A stretch of 52,317 bases of DNA from Candidatus Saccharimonadota bacterium (GTDB taxonomy: Bacteria > Patescibacteriota > Saccharimonadia > Saccharimonadales > UBA7683), in the NCBI GenBank assembly GCA_036848695.1, contig DAIUJM010000001.1, forward strand, positions 1,354 through 53,670. The letters are read 5' to 3'. Below are positions 16,971-24,301 of the stretch, piece by piece. The position numbers and the translations under genes were made by a program. The first letter of the stretch is position 1, and each line of letters starts with the position of its first letter. Under the pieces are notes generated by a model, which was given only the letters and a program-made list of their open reading frames with translations, made no database searches and had not been told where the DNA came from.

Positions 16971-18107
16971 CTAGGCAACTAATTTCAGGGATGTCGTATC
17001 CTTACGTGAAAATAAATGGGCGGCGTCGAAGACGTTGGACTGAGTGAAAGGATCACCGCGGACAAGGTTGAGTTGAGCTGCTTTATTTCTACTGAGAATA
17101 AATTGTAGTGTTTCAGGATCGGCGAGTGTTAAATGACTGCCACTAAGAGGGGTAATTCGTACATTTGGATGGTCAGCAAATATTGTCTTCCACTCGTGTT
17201 CCATAGAAGCAAAGTCTTTATTAAATACAGTAATGTGCATGAGAGCCTCGGGTGATATCTTGCGGGCTAATGCGCCAGCTTCGCCACTGAACAGTGCGAA
17301 ACCTATAGCTAGTTGATGACGTAGGCTATATGGACTGAGATCTAGGGTGCTTGGGTAGTGTACAAGACGAGCAAGCGTTAATCTGCCGGCTAGTTTAAAG
17401 AGTTCTTTCGGTTCTTCGCGTAGCTGTCCGGCAAGCTCCTTGATATCTTTAAGGCGCATAGCACGGGGAAGGCACGGCGCTGTGAGGTCTGAAAGAATAA
17501 CCTCCTGCCCAAATTCACTAGCGAGAGCAGTAATTCCCATGCCGACCATTGCTCCTCGAGATTCGCCAATGACTATTCTCTTTTCGTCGTCTATCGTTAT
17601 ACCTTCGTCTTGTAGTTCCATGCCAAGATGGTATGAAAAGTTCAAAACAGCGGCTGCCGAATCAGCTAATGTTATGGCCCCGTGGGGCGTTGGCTTATTC
17701 CTCGGTTCGAAACTACCTTCTGCGCCTACAAACATAACAATATTACCTGCACGCAACATATTGCGAACCGTGTGTTCGTTATGGCCTTCAGTGCTAGTAA
17801 ACCAGGCGCTCGTGCCAATAATCGGTACAGTAGAGAGCTGCTTTTCAGGTATTCCTACTAAAGTGCTGTAAGTATAACCTTTTTCTGTAACAATACCCAT
17901 TCGGCGGAGTTCACCTACGCCTTCAATAATTTCGGTGCCAAGTTCTTCCCATTCGACTATTGCACTTTCATTGCGGAGCTGTTCAATATGTTCAGGAGAG
18001 AGGTATTCGGATTCCTCGCTTTTGAGCAGGGGGTTTTGAAATGACTCCCATCCACTGTATGGGACCATATTTTGCAGCTTATCTGTAGCACAGCTCATAG
18101 CCTTCAC
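16971..18107 (-). CDS. Alpha/beta-hydrolase-fold protein (function unknown)
   Basis: Nucleophile elbow GESRG (VIGESRGAMVGMG) and a late His (SGSHLTLAD). GTG 18107 has an AAGGA SD. ATG 18098 is an alternative start. Confidence 0.55.
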   Translation of the reverse strand: MKAMSCATDKLQNMVPYSGWESFQNPLLKSEESEYLSPEHIEQLRNESAIVEWEELGTEIIEGVGELRRMGIVTEKGYTYSTLVGIPEKQLSTVPIIGTSAWFTSTEGHNEHTVRNMLRAGNIVMFVGAEGSFEPRNKPTPHGAITLADSAAAVLNFSYHLGMELQDEGITIDDEKRIVIGESRGAMVGMGITALASEFGQEVILSDLTAPCLPRAMRLKDIKELAGQLREEPKELFKLAGRLTLARLVHYPSTLDLSPYSLRHQLAIGFALFSGEAGALARKISPEALMHITVFNKDFASMEHEWKTIFADHPNVRITPLSGSHLTLADPETLQFILSRNKAAQLNLVRGDPFTQSNVFDAAHLFSRKDTTSLKLVA

Positions 18108-18179
18108 GGAAGAAATCCTTTACTGCTTAAGGCTATCATATGCTTGTGCATGTGGTTTGTAAATGGTCCGGATGAAATC

Positions 18180-18188
18180 TGGTATACT
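18180..18188 (+). promoter_or_regulatory. Extended -10 (TGGTATACT), 7 nt upstream of the gatC ATG
   Basis: Read directly. It supports ATG 18196 as the start. Confidence 0.45.
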
Positions 18189-18195
18189 ATCAGTA

Positions 18196-18495
18196 ATGAA
18201 ATTAAGTAAAGATGACATCTTAAAATTGGCAAAATTGAGTCGATTACAGCTAGACGATGACGAGACGGAGCAATATCAGTCTGAAATTAGCGCGATATTA
18301 GATTACGTAGCTCAGTTAGATACTGTTGATGTTGCCGGCATTCAGCCAACTTACCAGGTAACAGGCCTAACAAGTCAGGACGAAAATGCCACTCGAGACG
18401 ATGAAGTGAGTCAGCAGGTAAGGCAGTCTGAACTTCTAAAGAATGTACCAGTAACTGAAGATGGCCACATCAAGGTTAAAAGGATGATCGGTTAG
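18196..18495 (+). CDS. gatC: Asp/Glu-tRNA amidotransferase subunit C
   Basis: LSKDDILKLAKLSRLQL...EISAILDYVAQL is the typical GatC pattern. 99 aa from ATG 18196. Confidence 0.88.
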   Translation: MKLSKDDILKLAKLSRLQLDDDETEQYQSEISAILDYVAQLDTVDVAGIQPTYQVTGLTSQDENATRDDEVSQQVRQSELLKNVPVTEDGHIKVKRMIG

Positions 18496-18497
18496 CA

Positions 18498-20054
18498 ATG
18501 AATCAAGAATCAAGAATCAAGAATCAGGAGTGGGAGCCAATAGCTGTGTTGGTAGATGATGTGAAAAGCGGCAAAGTTTCTGCTCTTTCTTTGGTTGAGA
18601 AGTCTCTTGCATTGATTGAAGAACATAAAGAATTTCAGGCAATTATTGCTGTTATTGAAGAAGGGGCCAGAAAACGAGCCAGAACCATTGATGAGCAATT
18701 GGCGCGCGGAGAAGATCCGGGGCGTTTAGCTGGCGTACCATTCATCGCCAAAGATAACTTTTTGGTCTTTGGTGCCGATACGACAGCTGCGAGCAACATC
18801 TTGAAGGGATTCGATGCTCCGTATCAGGCAACAGCTATTGAAAAGCTTGAGGCAGAGGGAGCAGTTTGTGTTGCCAAAGCCAATTTAGACGCTTTTGCCC
18901 ATGGTGCAAGCACAGAAAACAGCGATTTCTTCACGACCAAGAATCCACATGATACCTCTCGTGTAGCTGGTGGCTCGTCTGGAGGCTCTGCGGCTGCGAT
19001 TGCATTAAGACTTGCACCGTTTGCACTCGGTACCGATACAGGAGGCTCTATTCGCCAGCCTGCGAGTTTCTGTGGTGTTGTGGGACTCAAGCCAACCTAT
19101 GGGCTGGTTTCGCGAAGTGGAGTTGTAGCGATGGCTAGTAGCACCGATGTTATTGGTCCAATTGCCAGTAACGTGGCAGATACGGCGTTAATTCTTGATA
19201 TTATTGCCGGCCAAGATCCGCTCGATAGCACCACAATTAAAAGGCAAGATTCATACATAACTACTCGTCATTCCGTGCTTGATACGGAATCTAGTAAAAA
19301 TGATATCGCCGTAGGCGATGCAAAATTAAACTGGATCCCCGACCTGCCCGTTCAGTCTGACAGACAGGCGGGTCAAGCCGGGGATGACAATCCGGTTAAA
19401 ATTGGTGTGATCAAGGAATATTTTGGTGACGGGCTCGATTCAGGTGTTCGTAAGAATATTGATGCGGCTATAGAATTATTCAAGCAAGCAGGCCACGAGG
19501 TTGTAGAAGTCAGTTTGCCAAGTCTTCCACTCGCCTTGGCCGTGTACTATATTGTCTGTCCTGCCGAAGTGAGCTCAAACTTAGCAAGATATGACGGTCA
19601 AAGATTTGGCTACTCTGCCACTGATGCTAAAGACCTGGATAGTAGTTATGAAGTTGCTCGTAAAGAAGGTTTTGGAGCTGAGGCAAAACGACGAATTATG
19701 ATTGGGGCATACGTGCTTTCTAGCGGTTATTACGATGCATACTATAAAAAAGCTCAAACAGTCCGTACAAAGTTAATTAATGAATTTAACGACGCTTTTG
19801 AATCGGTAGATTTCTTACTTGGTCCAACTGCTCCAACTCCAGCTTTTCGTATTGGACAAAACTCGACAGACCCGTTAGCAATGTACCTTGGCGATATTAT
19901 GACCGTTGGTGCGAGTATGGTTGGCGTGCCAGCCATTAGTGTTCCATGTGGTGAAGTTGAAGGCTTGCCAATTGGTCTGCAGATTATTGCCCCGCAAAGA
20001 AAAGATAAAGAATTACTCTCTTTGGCAAAAGAATATGAGGAGATGCAACAATGA
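18498..20054 (+). CDS. gatA: Asp/Glu-tRNA amidotransferase subunit A
   Basis: Amidase signature GGSSGGSAAA, plus FIAKDNF and GTDTGGSIRQPA. It carries an unusual 5' heptamer-repeat segment and a ~35-aa internal insertion. Confidence 0.93.
   Translation: MNQESRIKNQEWEPIAVLVDDVKSGKVSALSLVEKSLALIEEHKEFQAIIAVIEEGARKRARTIDEQLARGEDPGRLAGVPFIAKDNFLVFGADTTAASNILKGFDAPYQATAIEKLEAEGAVCVAKANLDAFAHGASTENSDFFTTKNPHDTSRVAGGSSGGSAAAIALRLAPFALGTDTGGSIRQPASFCGVVGLKPTYGLVSRSGVVAMASSTDVIGPIASNVADTALILDIIAGQDPLDSTTIKRQDSYITTRHSVLDTESSKNDIAVGDAKLNWIPDLPVQSDRQAGQAGDDNPVKIGVIKEYFGDGLDSGVRKNIDAAIELFKQAGHEVVEVSLPSLPLALAVYYIVCPAEVSSNLARYDGQRFGYSATDAKDLDSSYEVARKEGFGAEAKRRIMIGAYVLSSGYYDAYYKKAQTVRTKLINEFNDAFESVDFLLGPTAPTPAFRIGQNSTDPLAMYLGDIMTVGASMVGVPAISVPCGEVEGLPIGLQIIAPQRKDKELLSLAKEYEEMQQ
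18501..18528. repeat. Tandem heptamer repeat (aatcaag x3 + aatcagg) immediately after the gatA ATG
   Basis: Read directly. It is related to the heptamer array at 4718-4759. Confidence 0.8.
19270..19385. repeat. Three consecutive hairpins or palindromes in a locally GC-rich in-frame insertion within gatA
   Basis: Pairs are 19270-76/19284-90 (7 bp), 19305-10/19314-19 (6 bp), and 19335-40/19380-85 plus 19341-48/19367-74 (14 bp, GC-rich). Confidence 0.6.
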
Positions 20055-20452
20055 ATCCAGATGTTTACAGTATGATCGCACTTATACTTATACTTTCGGT
20101 ATTGGTACTTGTTGTTTTAGTTATTACACATCGGGGCAAACCAAGGCTTAATAAAAGTTACTTCACAAAACATTGGGATGCAATTGAAAAACTCGAAGGC
20201 TCTACACTGGCTGTACTTAAAGCAGACAGTTTAGTAGACGAGGCGCTTAAACATGCCAATATAAAAGGCGGGACTATGGGCGAGCGCCTGAATAATTCGG
20301 TTGGTTTTATAAAAGATATCAACGCAGTATGGTCAGCTCATAAGCTTCGCAACACAATTGCTCATGAACATGACGCCACTCCTTCATCTGCAGAATGCCA
20401 CCGTGCCTTGAGGCAGTTTAAGCGTGCGCTGAAGGATCTGGGAGCTTTATGA
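20051..20452 (+). CDS. Small membrane-anchored protein with an HEPN-like Rx4H motif
   Basis: N-terminal TM (MIALILILSVLVLVVLVI) and a helical C-terminal part ending in SAHKLRNTIAHEH. ATGA overlaps both gatA and gatB. Confidence 0.6.
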   Translation: MNPDVYSMIALILILSVLVLVVLVITHRGKPRLNKSYFTKHWDAIEKLEGSTLAVLKADSLVDEALKHANIKGGTMGERLNNSVGFIKDINAVWSAHKLRNTIAHEHDATPSSAECHRALRQFKRALKDLGAL

Positions 20453-21894
20453 TTTCAGATGATGTGAAAAAACAGTACACCGTTACAATTGGTATTGAAT
20501 GCCATGTACAGCTAAAAACCAAAAGCAAGTTGTTTGCCAGTGAAAGTAATGAAGCGCGCGACCTGCTACCAAATACGGCTGTTGGCCATGTGAGTTTTGG
20601 TATGCCGGGTGCACTACCAGTTCTGAACAAGAAAGCAGTTGAATTAGCTGTTCGTGCTGCGTTTGCCCTAAACACTGAACCACAGAAATTTTCTAAGTTT
20701 GATCGCAAACACTATTTTTACCCAGATCTCCCAAAAGGTTACCAAATTAGTCAGTTTGAAGAGCCTATTATTCTTGGTGGTTACGTCGATATTTTTATAG
20801 AGGGTGAAGCAAAACGCATCAATATTACACGTGCTCATATGGAAGAAGATGCCGGTAAATCTACCCACCCAACAGGTAAAGATTACTCTCTGGTAGATCT
20901 AAACCGTGCTGGCACGCCGCTTCTCGAAATTGTTTCTGAGCCAGAAATTCATTCTGCCGCTGAGGCTCGCGCCTATGCCAAAGCACTATATTTACAAATG
21001 AAGTATGCAGATGTCAGCGACGCAGATTTATATCAGGGTAACATGCGCTTTGATGTTAACGTTTCGGTAAGCAAAGATCCTAAGGTACTCGGTACACGTT
21101 CTGAAACAAAAAACCTTAACAGCTTCCGTTCGGTTGAAAAAGCGGTTGAGTATGAGATTAATCGTCAGATTGAGTTACTGGAAAAAGGCGAAGAGATTGT
21201 TCAAGAAACACGGGGCTGGGACGACGCTAAACAAAAAACTATTTCTCAACGTACAAAAGAAGATGCTCACGACTATCGTTACATGCCTGAACCAGACGTT
21301 CCGCCAATTGTACTTACAGATGAATATGTTAATTCTATTAAGCAACAGGTTCCAGTAATGCCGAGTCATCTACGTCAACAGTTAAGTGTTACTCGGCTCC
21401 AGTCCTCACAAATTGAAACTTTGATCGAAGAGCCAGAACTTGCCTATTTTGTAGTCGGACTTATTGATGATGTTGCAACTGCCAAAACAATAGCGAATTG
21501 GCTAACTGGTGATATCACGAAGCTCGTTTCAGACAATGTATTCACGTGGAGCCAGGTTGTTAAGAAAAAAAACGGTTTAGTAAAACTTGCACACATGGTT
21601 AACAATCGTGAGCTTAGTTCTACTAGTGCCAAAAGCTTGCTCACTAATGTTGTAGAAGGCAAGGATCCTGAAGAACTAGCTAAAGAAAATCATCTATTAC
21701 AGGTTTCGGACGAAGGTGCCATTGAAAAAATTGTCAGTGAAGTAATTGCAGAAAACGAAAAAGCTGCAGAAGATGTTAAAAAAGGTGAAATGAAGGCGAT
21801 CGGGTTCCTGGTTGGTCAGGTAATGGCAAAATCAAAAGGACAGGCTAACCCTGGTCTTGCTCAGAAAATTATAAAAAAACAACTCGGGCAGTAG
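20449..21894 (+). CDS. gatB: Asp/Glu-tRNA amidotransferase subunit B
   Basis: IGIECHVQL, FDRKHYFYPDLPKGYQISQ, MEEDAGK and a C-terminal GatB_YqeY-like tail. Confidence 0.95.
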   Translation: MISDDVKKQYTVTIGIECHVQLKTKSKLFASESNEARDLLPNTAVGHVSFGMPGALPVLNKKAVELAVRAAFALNTEPQKFSKFDRKHYFYPDLPKGYQISQFEEPIILGGYVDIFIEGEAKRINITRAHMEEDAGKSTHPTGKDYSLVDLNRAGTPLLEIVSEPEIHSAAEARAYAKALYLQMKYADVSDADLYQGNMRFDVNVSVSKDPKVLGTRSETKNLNSFRSVEKAVEYEINRQIELLEKGEEIVQETRGWDDAKQKTISQRTKEDAHDYRYMPEPDVPPIVLTDEYVNSIKQQVPVMPSHLRQQLSVTRLQSSQIETLIEEPELAYFVVGLIDDVATAKTIANWLTGDITKLVSDNVFTWSQVVKKKNGLVKLAHMVNNRELSSTSAKSLLTNVVEGKDPEELAKENHLLQVSDEGAIEKIVSEVIAENEKAAEDVKKGEMKAIGFLVGQVMAKSKGQANPGLAQKIIKKQLGQ

Positions 21895-21941
21895 ATCTAC
21901 AGTTTTAATGGTATCTATAGGTTGGGTTGTTTGACCTGAAA

Positions 21942-21950
21942 TGTTATTAT
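21942..21950 (+). promoter_or_regulatory. Extended -10 (TGTTATTAT), 6 nt upstream of ATG 21957
   Basis: Read directly. It supports the 21957 start. Confidence 0.4.
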
Positions 21951-21956
21951 AGAAGT

Positions 21957-22229
21957 ATGGATGCATTTGAAATTCTTGTAGTTGTACTTTCATCTTTATT
22001 AGCGCTTTTTCTTGCACTTAGCATTGTTGTCGTAGTTTTTGCAGTCAAACTAGTAAAGAACTTGAAGGAAATCTCCGACAAGGCTGTCGTGCTCGTGAAC
22101 GATGCTAGCTCGGTTGCTGCGACCATGAAGAAGGCTGCGGCACCAGCTGTAGTAGCTCGCTTTATTGCCGAGCAAGTGAACCACGCTATTAAAAGGCATG
22201 GTGATAAGTCAACCAACAAGGAGGATTAA
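21957..22229 (+). CDS. Small membrane protein, DUF948-like
   Basis: One N-terminal TM followed by a helical Ala-rich region. It lies directly upstream of a YtxH-like gene, as in Firmicutes (family name from memory). Confidence 0.5.
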   Translation: MDAFEILVVVLSSLLALFLALSIVVVVFAVKLVKNLKEISDKAVVLVNDASSVAATMKKAAAPAVVARFIAEQVNHAIKRHGDKSTNKED

Positions 22230-22643
22230 ATGTCAAAGAATCATAAATTTGGGTTTGGAATAATCTTAGGTGCAATTGCGGGTGTTATTGCAGGATTTTT
22301 AACAGCTCCTAAAAGCGGAAAAGAAACACGTGAAGATATAAAAAAGAAGGCGCATGAAGTGAAGGGTTCGGCTGAACGAAGGCTGAAAGACGCTCACAAA
22401 GAACTTGGTAAACTTATAGATGAAACCACTGCAAAGGCTGAAAAATTAAAGGGCCAAGCTAGAGACGAACTTAAAGATCTTACTGCTAAAGCCGAAGAAC
22501 TCAAGGCGCAAATCAAAAGTGCAATTACCTCGATCAAAAGCGGAGATGACGACAATGATGACGCTACTATCGATAAACTTTTGAAAGATTTGGTAGCCCT
22601 TAAAGAAAAAATCGCCAAGCAAGTAAAGAGCGTTACAAAGTAA
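22230..22643 (+). CDS. YtxH-domain general-stress-type protein
   Basis: GFGIILGAIAGVIAGFLTAPKSGKETREDIKKKA is the canonical YtxH N-terminus. The remainder is a coiled coil. Confidence 0.75.
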   Translation: MSKNHKFGFGIILGAIAGVIAGFLTAPKSGKETREDIKKKAHEVKGSAERRLKDAHKELGKLIDETTAKAEKLKGQARDELKDLTAKAEELKAQIKSAITSIKSGDDDNDDATIDKLLKDLVALKEKIAKQVKSVTK

Positions 22644-22661
22644 TTAGTAAAATGTTGAACG

Positions 22662-22698
22662 AAGACCACCCAACAGATTTAGAAAAGGGTGGTCTTTT
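22662..22698 (+). terminator. Rho-independent terminator-like hairpin after the YtxH gene
   Basis: 10-bp stem AAGACCACCC/GGGTGGTCTT with a 15-nt loop and a TCTTTT tail. Confidence 0.55.
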
Positions 22699-22699
22699 C

Positions 22700-22849
22700 A
22701 TGAGTATTAAAGATATTGTTGGAACATTGGGTGAGCGGGCGCTTCATTTGGTGGCAGTGCTGGCTGTTGCGGGAGTTGCACTAGAAAGTATGGCCGGATT
22801 TGATTTTGAAGATGGCGTAAACCACCCACTGGATACAGTAGACGAATAA
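22700..22849 (+). CDS. Possible small hydrophobic protein (49 aa)
   Basis: ORF after the terminator with GGGTGG as a possible SD. No homology was recognised. Locally GC-rich. Confidence 0.25.
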   Translation: MSIKDIVGTLGERALHLVAVLAVAGVALESMAGFDFEDGVNHPLDTVDE

Positions 22850-22859
22850 TGGGGGAAAA

Positions 22860-23123
22860 ATGACTGAAAAGAAAGTAGATGTAGATACAAAGGCAGCAGT
22901 GCAGGCGTTAGAATACCTTTTGACAGCCGGGTACGTTAGCAAGCGCCGTTTGTACGTTGCTAATTTCATGCGTGGATTATTTTTTGGCTTCGGATCAGTT
23001 TTAGGTGCGACAGTTCTAGTTGCCATTATGATATGGCTACTTTCATTTTTTAGTGACATCCCGTTTATTGGTGACATAGTTGTTGCGGTACGCGATAGCA
23101 TCAATACAGCACAGCAACGTTAA
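22860..23123 (+). CDS. Small two-TM membrane protein (DUF5665-like, name from memory)
   Basis: GGGGGAAAA SD. Sequence RRLYVANFMRGLFFGFGSVLGATVLVAIMIWLLSFF. Confidence 0.5.
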   Translation: MTEKKVDVDTKAAVQALEYLLTAGYVSKRRLYVANFMRGLFFGFGSVLGATVLVAIMIWLLSFFSDIPFIGDIVVAVRDSINTAQQR

Positions 23124-24205
23124 TCTAGAGCAATTGTATGCACACCGGCAGTAATGGCATGCGCATCGGTTGTGGTTATGAAAACTTGGTGATCCTTCAG
23201 ACCTTCTAATACGCGTTCTTGGTGTACTAGATCAAGTTCGCTCAGAACGTCGTCAAGCAGCAATGTCGGTTTAACTTGTTGGCGGGCAAAAAAGGTAGAT
23301 AGGATCTCTGTTTCCAGTAACTTCAATGCTATAACTACGGTACGTACTTCACCTCTACTGGCTCTAGTCGTAGCTAGTTGATCTGCCAGTCGAACTTCAA
23401 GATCATCACGATGTGGTCCGAAAGAGGTGTAACCAAGTATAATGTCACGATGTATGCTTGCTTCAAAAAACTGTAGAAGCTGAGATCCGTAATTTGATTT
23501 GCTACCGGTAACGGTACTCTTATATGTTAAGAATACTTCGTCTGTACCGCCTAATTGACGGTAATACTCGCTAATTCGCGATTGAATTTGTTCGATAACT
23601 TTGTAGCGAGCTGATATTATTTTTTCACTAAGTTGGGCAAGTTGTGTATTCCAGATGAAAATCTCGTCAGTCGGGGATCGACCTGGTTGTTCTCGAAGTC
23701 GTTTCAATAGTTGATTTCTTTGTTTGAGTGTTCGTTCGAAACGGTTCTGTGTGAACGCAACCTCTATATCGAGCTGTCCTGCAATTTGGTCTAAGTACTG
23801 GCGCCGACGTTCTGGTCCACCGGTAATTAAACGGGCAAGATCAGGCTCAAACAGCACTACCGGTAATCGTGCGCCGACTGGTAGCCTCGCGTGTTTCTTT
23901 TCATCAATCATCCATTTTTTTTGTGTAGCTTGTTCAATTTGCTGAAAGGTCAGCGTACGTTTATGCGTTGTAGCCAAGTTCTTCATTTCAAGTTGTGCCT
24001 GAAATTGACTTGCGCCGTATTGAGCCATTTCGCCAATCGTTCCTTTGAAACTGCTACCTCTCAGCAGAGTGTATAGAGCTTCAAGTATTGTGGTTTTACC
24101 ACTACCGTTTGGACCGACAATTGCGTTCATATCTTTTGCAAATTGAAATTTGGCGCTCGTATGAGATCGCACGTGCTGTAATTGTAGGTTTTTGATCTCT
24201 GCCAT
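23120..24205 (-). CDS. recF: DNA replication/repair protein RecF
   Basis: N-terminal GPNGSGKTTILEA Walker A. SMC-like signature region and a C-terminal LLLDDVLSELD Walker B. Confidence 0.9.
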   Translation of the reverse strand: MAEIKNLQLQHVRSHTSAKFQFAKDMNAIVGPNGSGKTTILEALYTLLRGSSFKGTIGEMAQYGASQFQAQLEMKNLATTHKRTLTFQQIEQATQKKWMIDEKKHARLPVGARLPVVLFEPDLARLITGGPERRRQYLDQIAGQLDIEVAFTQNRFERTLKQRNQLLKRLREQPGRSPTDEIFIWNTQLAQLSEKIISARYKVIEQIQSRISEYYRQLGGTDEVFLTYKSTVTGSKSNYGSQLLQFFEASIHRDIILGYTSFGPHRDDLEVRLADQLATTRASRGEVRTVVIALKLLETEILSTFFARQQVKPTLLLDDVLSELDLVHQERVLEGLKDHQVFITTTDAHAITAGVHTIALD

Positions 24206-24282
24206 GAGTACTTTCTAGTATACGCCAGATGACTATCTAGTTGTAATCTAGGCTCTGACAAAAAATTTCACGAGCAATAAAA

Positions 24283-24291
24283 TGATATACT
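24283..24291 (+). promoter_or_regulatory. Extended -10 (TGATATACT), 10 nt upstream of the dnaE ATG
   Basis: Read directly. The short leader contains GGGAAG. Confidence 0.4.
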
Positions 24292-24301
24292 AATAGGGAA
24301 G

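Noticed and set aside
18163-18195. A longer gatC start at 18163.
   Set aside because: The TGGTATACT -10 sits at 18180-18188, inside that extension. ATG 18196 gives a canonical ~99-aa GatC.
22652-22699. ORF-track start at 22652 for the small ORF.
   Set aside because: That segment is the terminator hairpin (22662-22698) after the YtxH gene. If the ORF is real, it more likely starts at ATG 22700.
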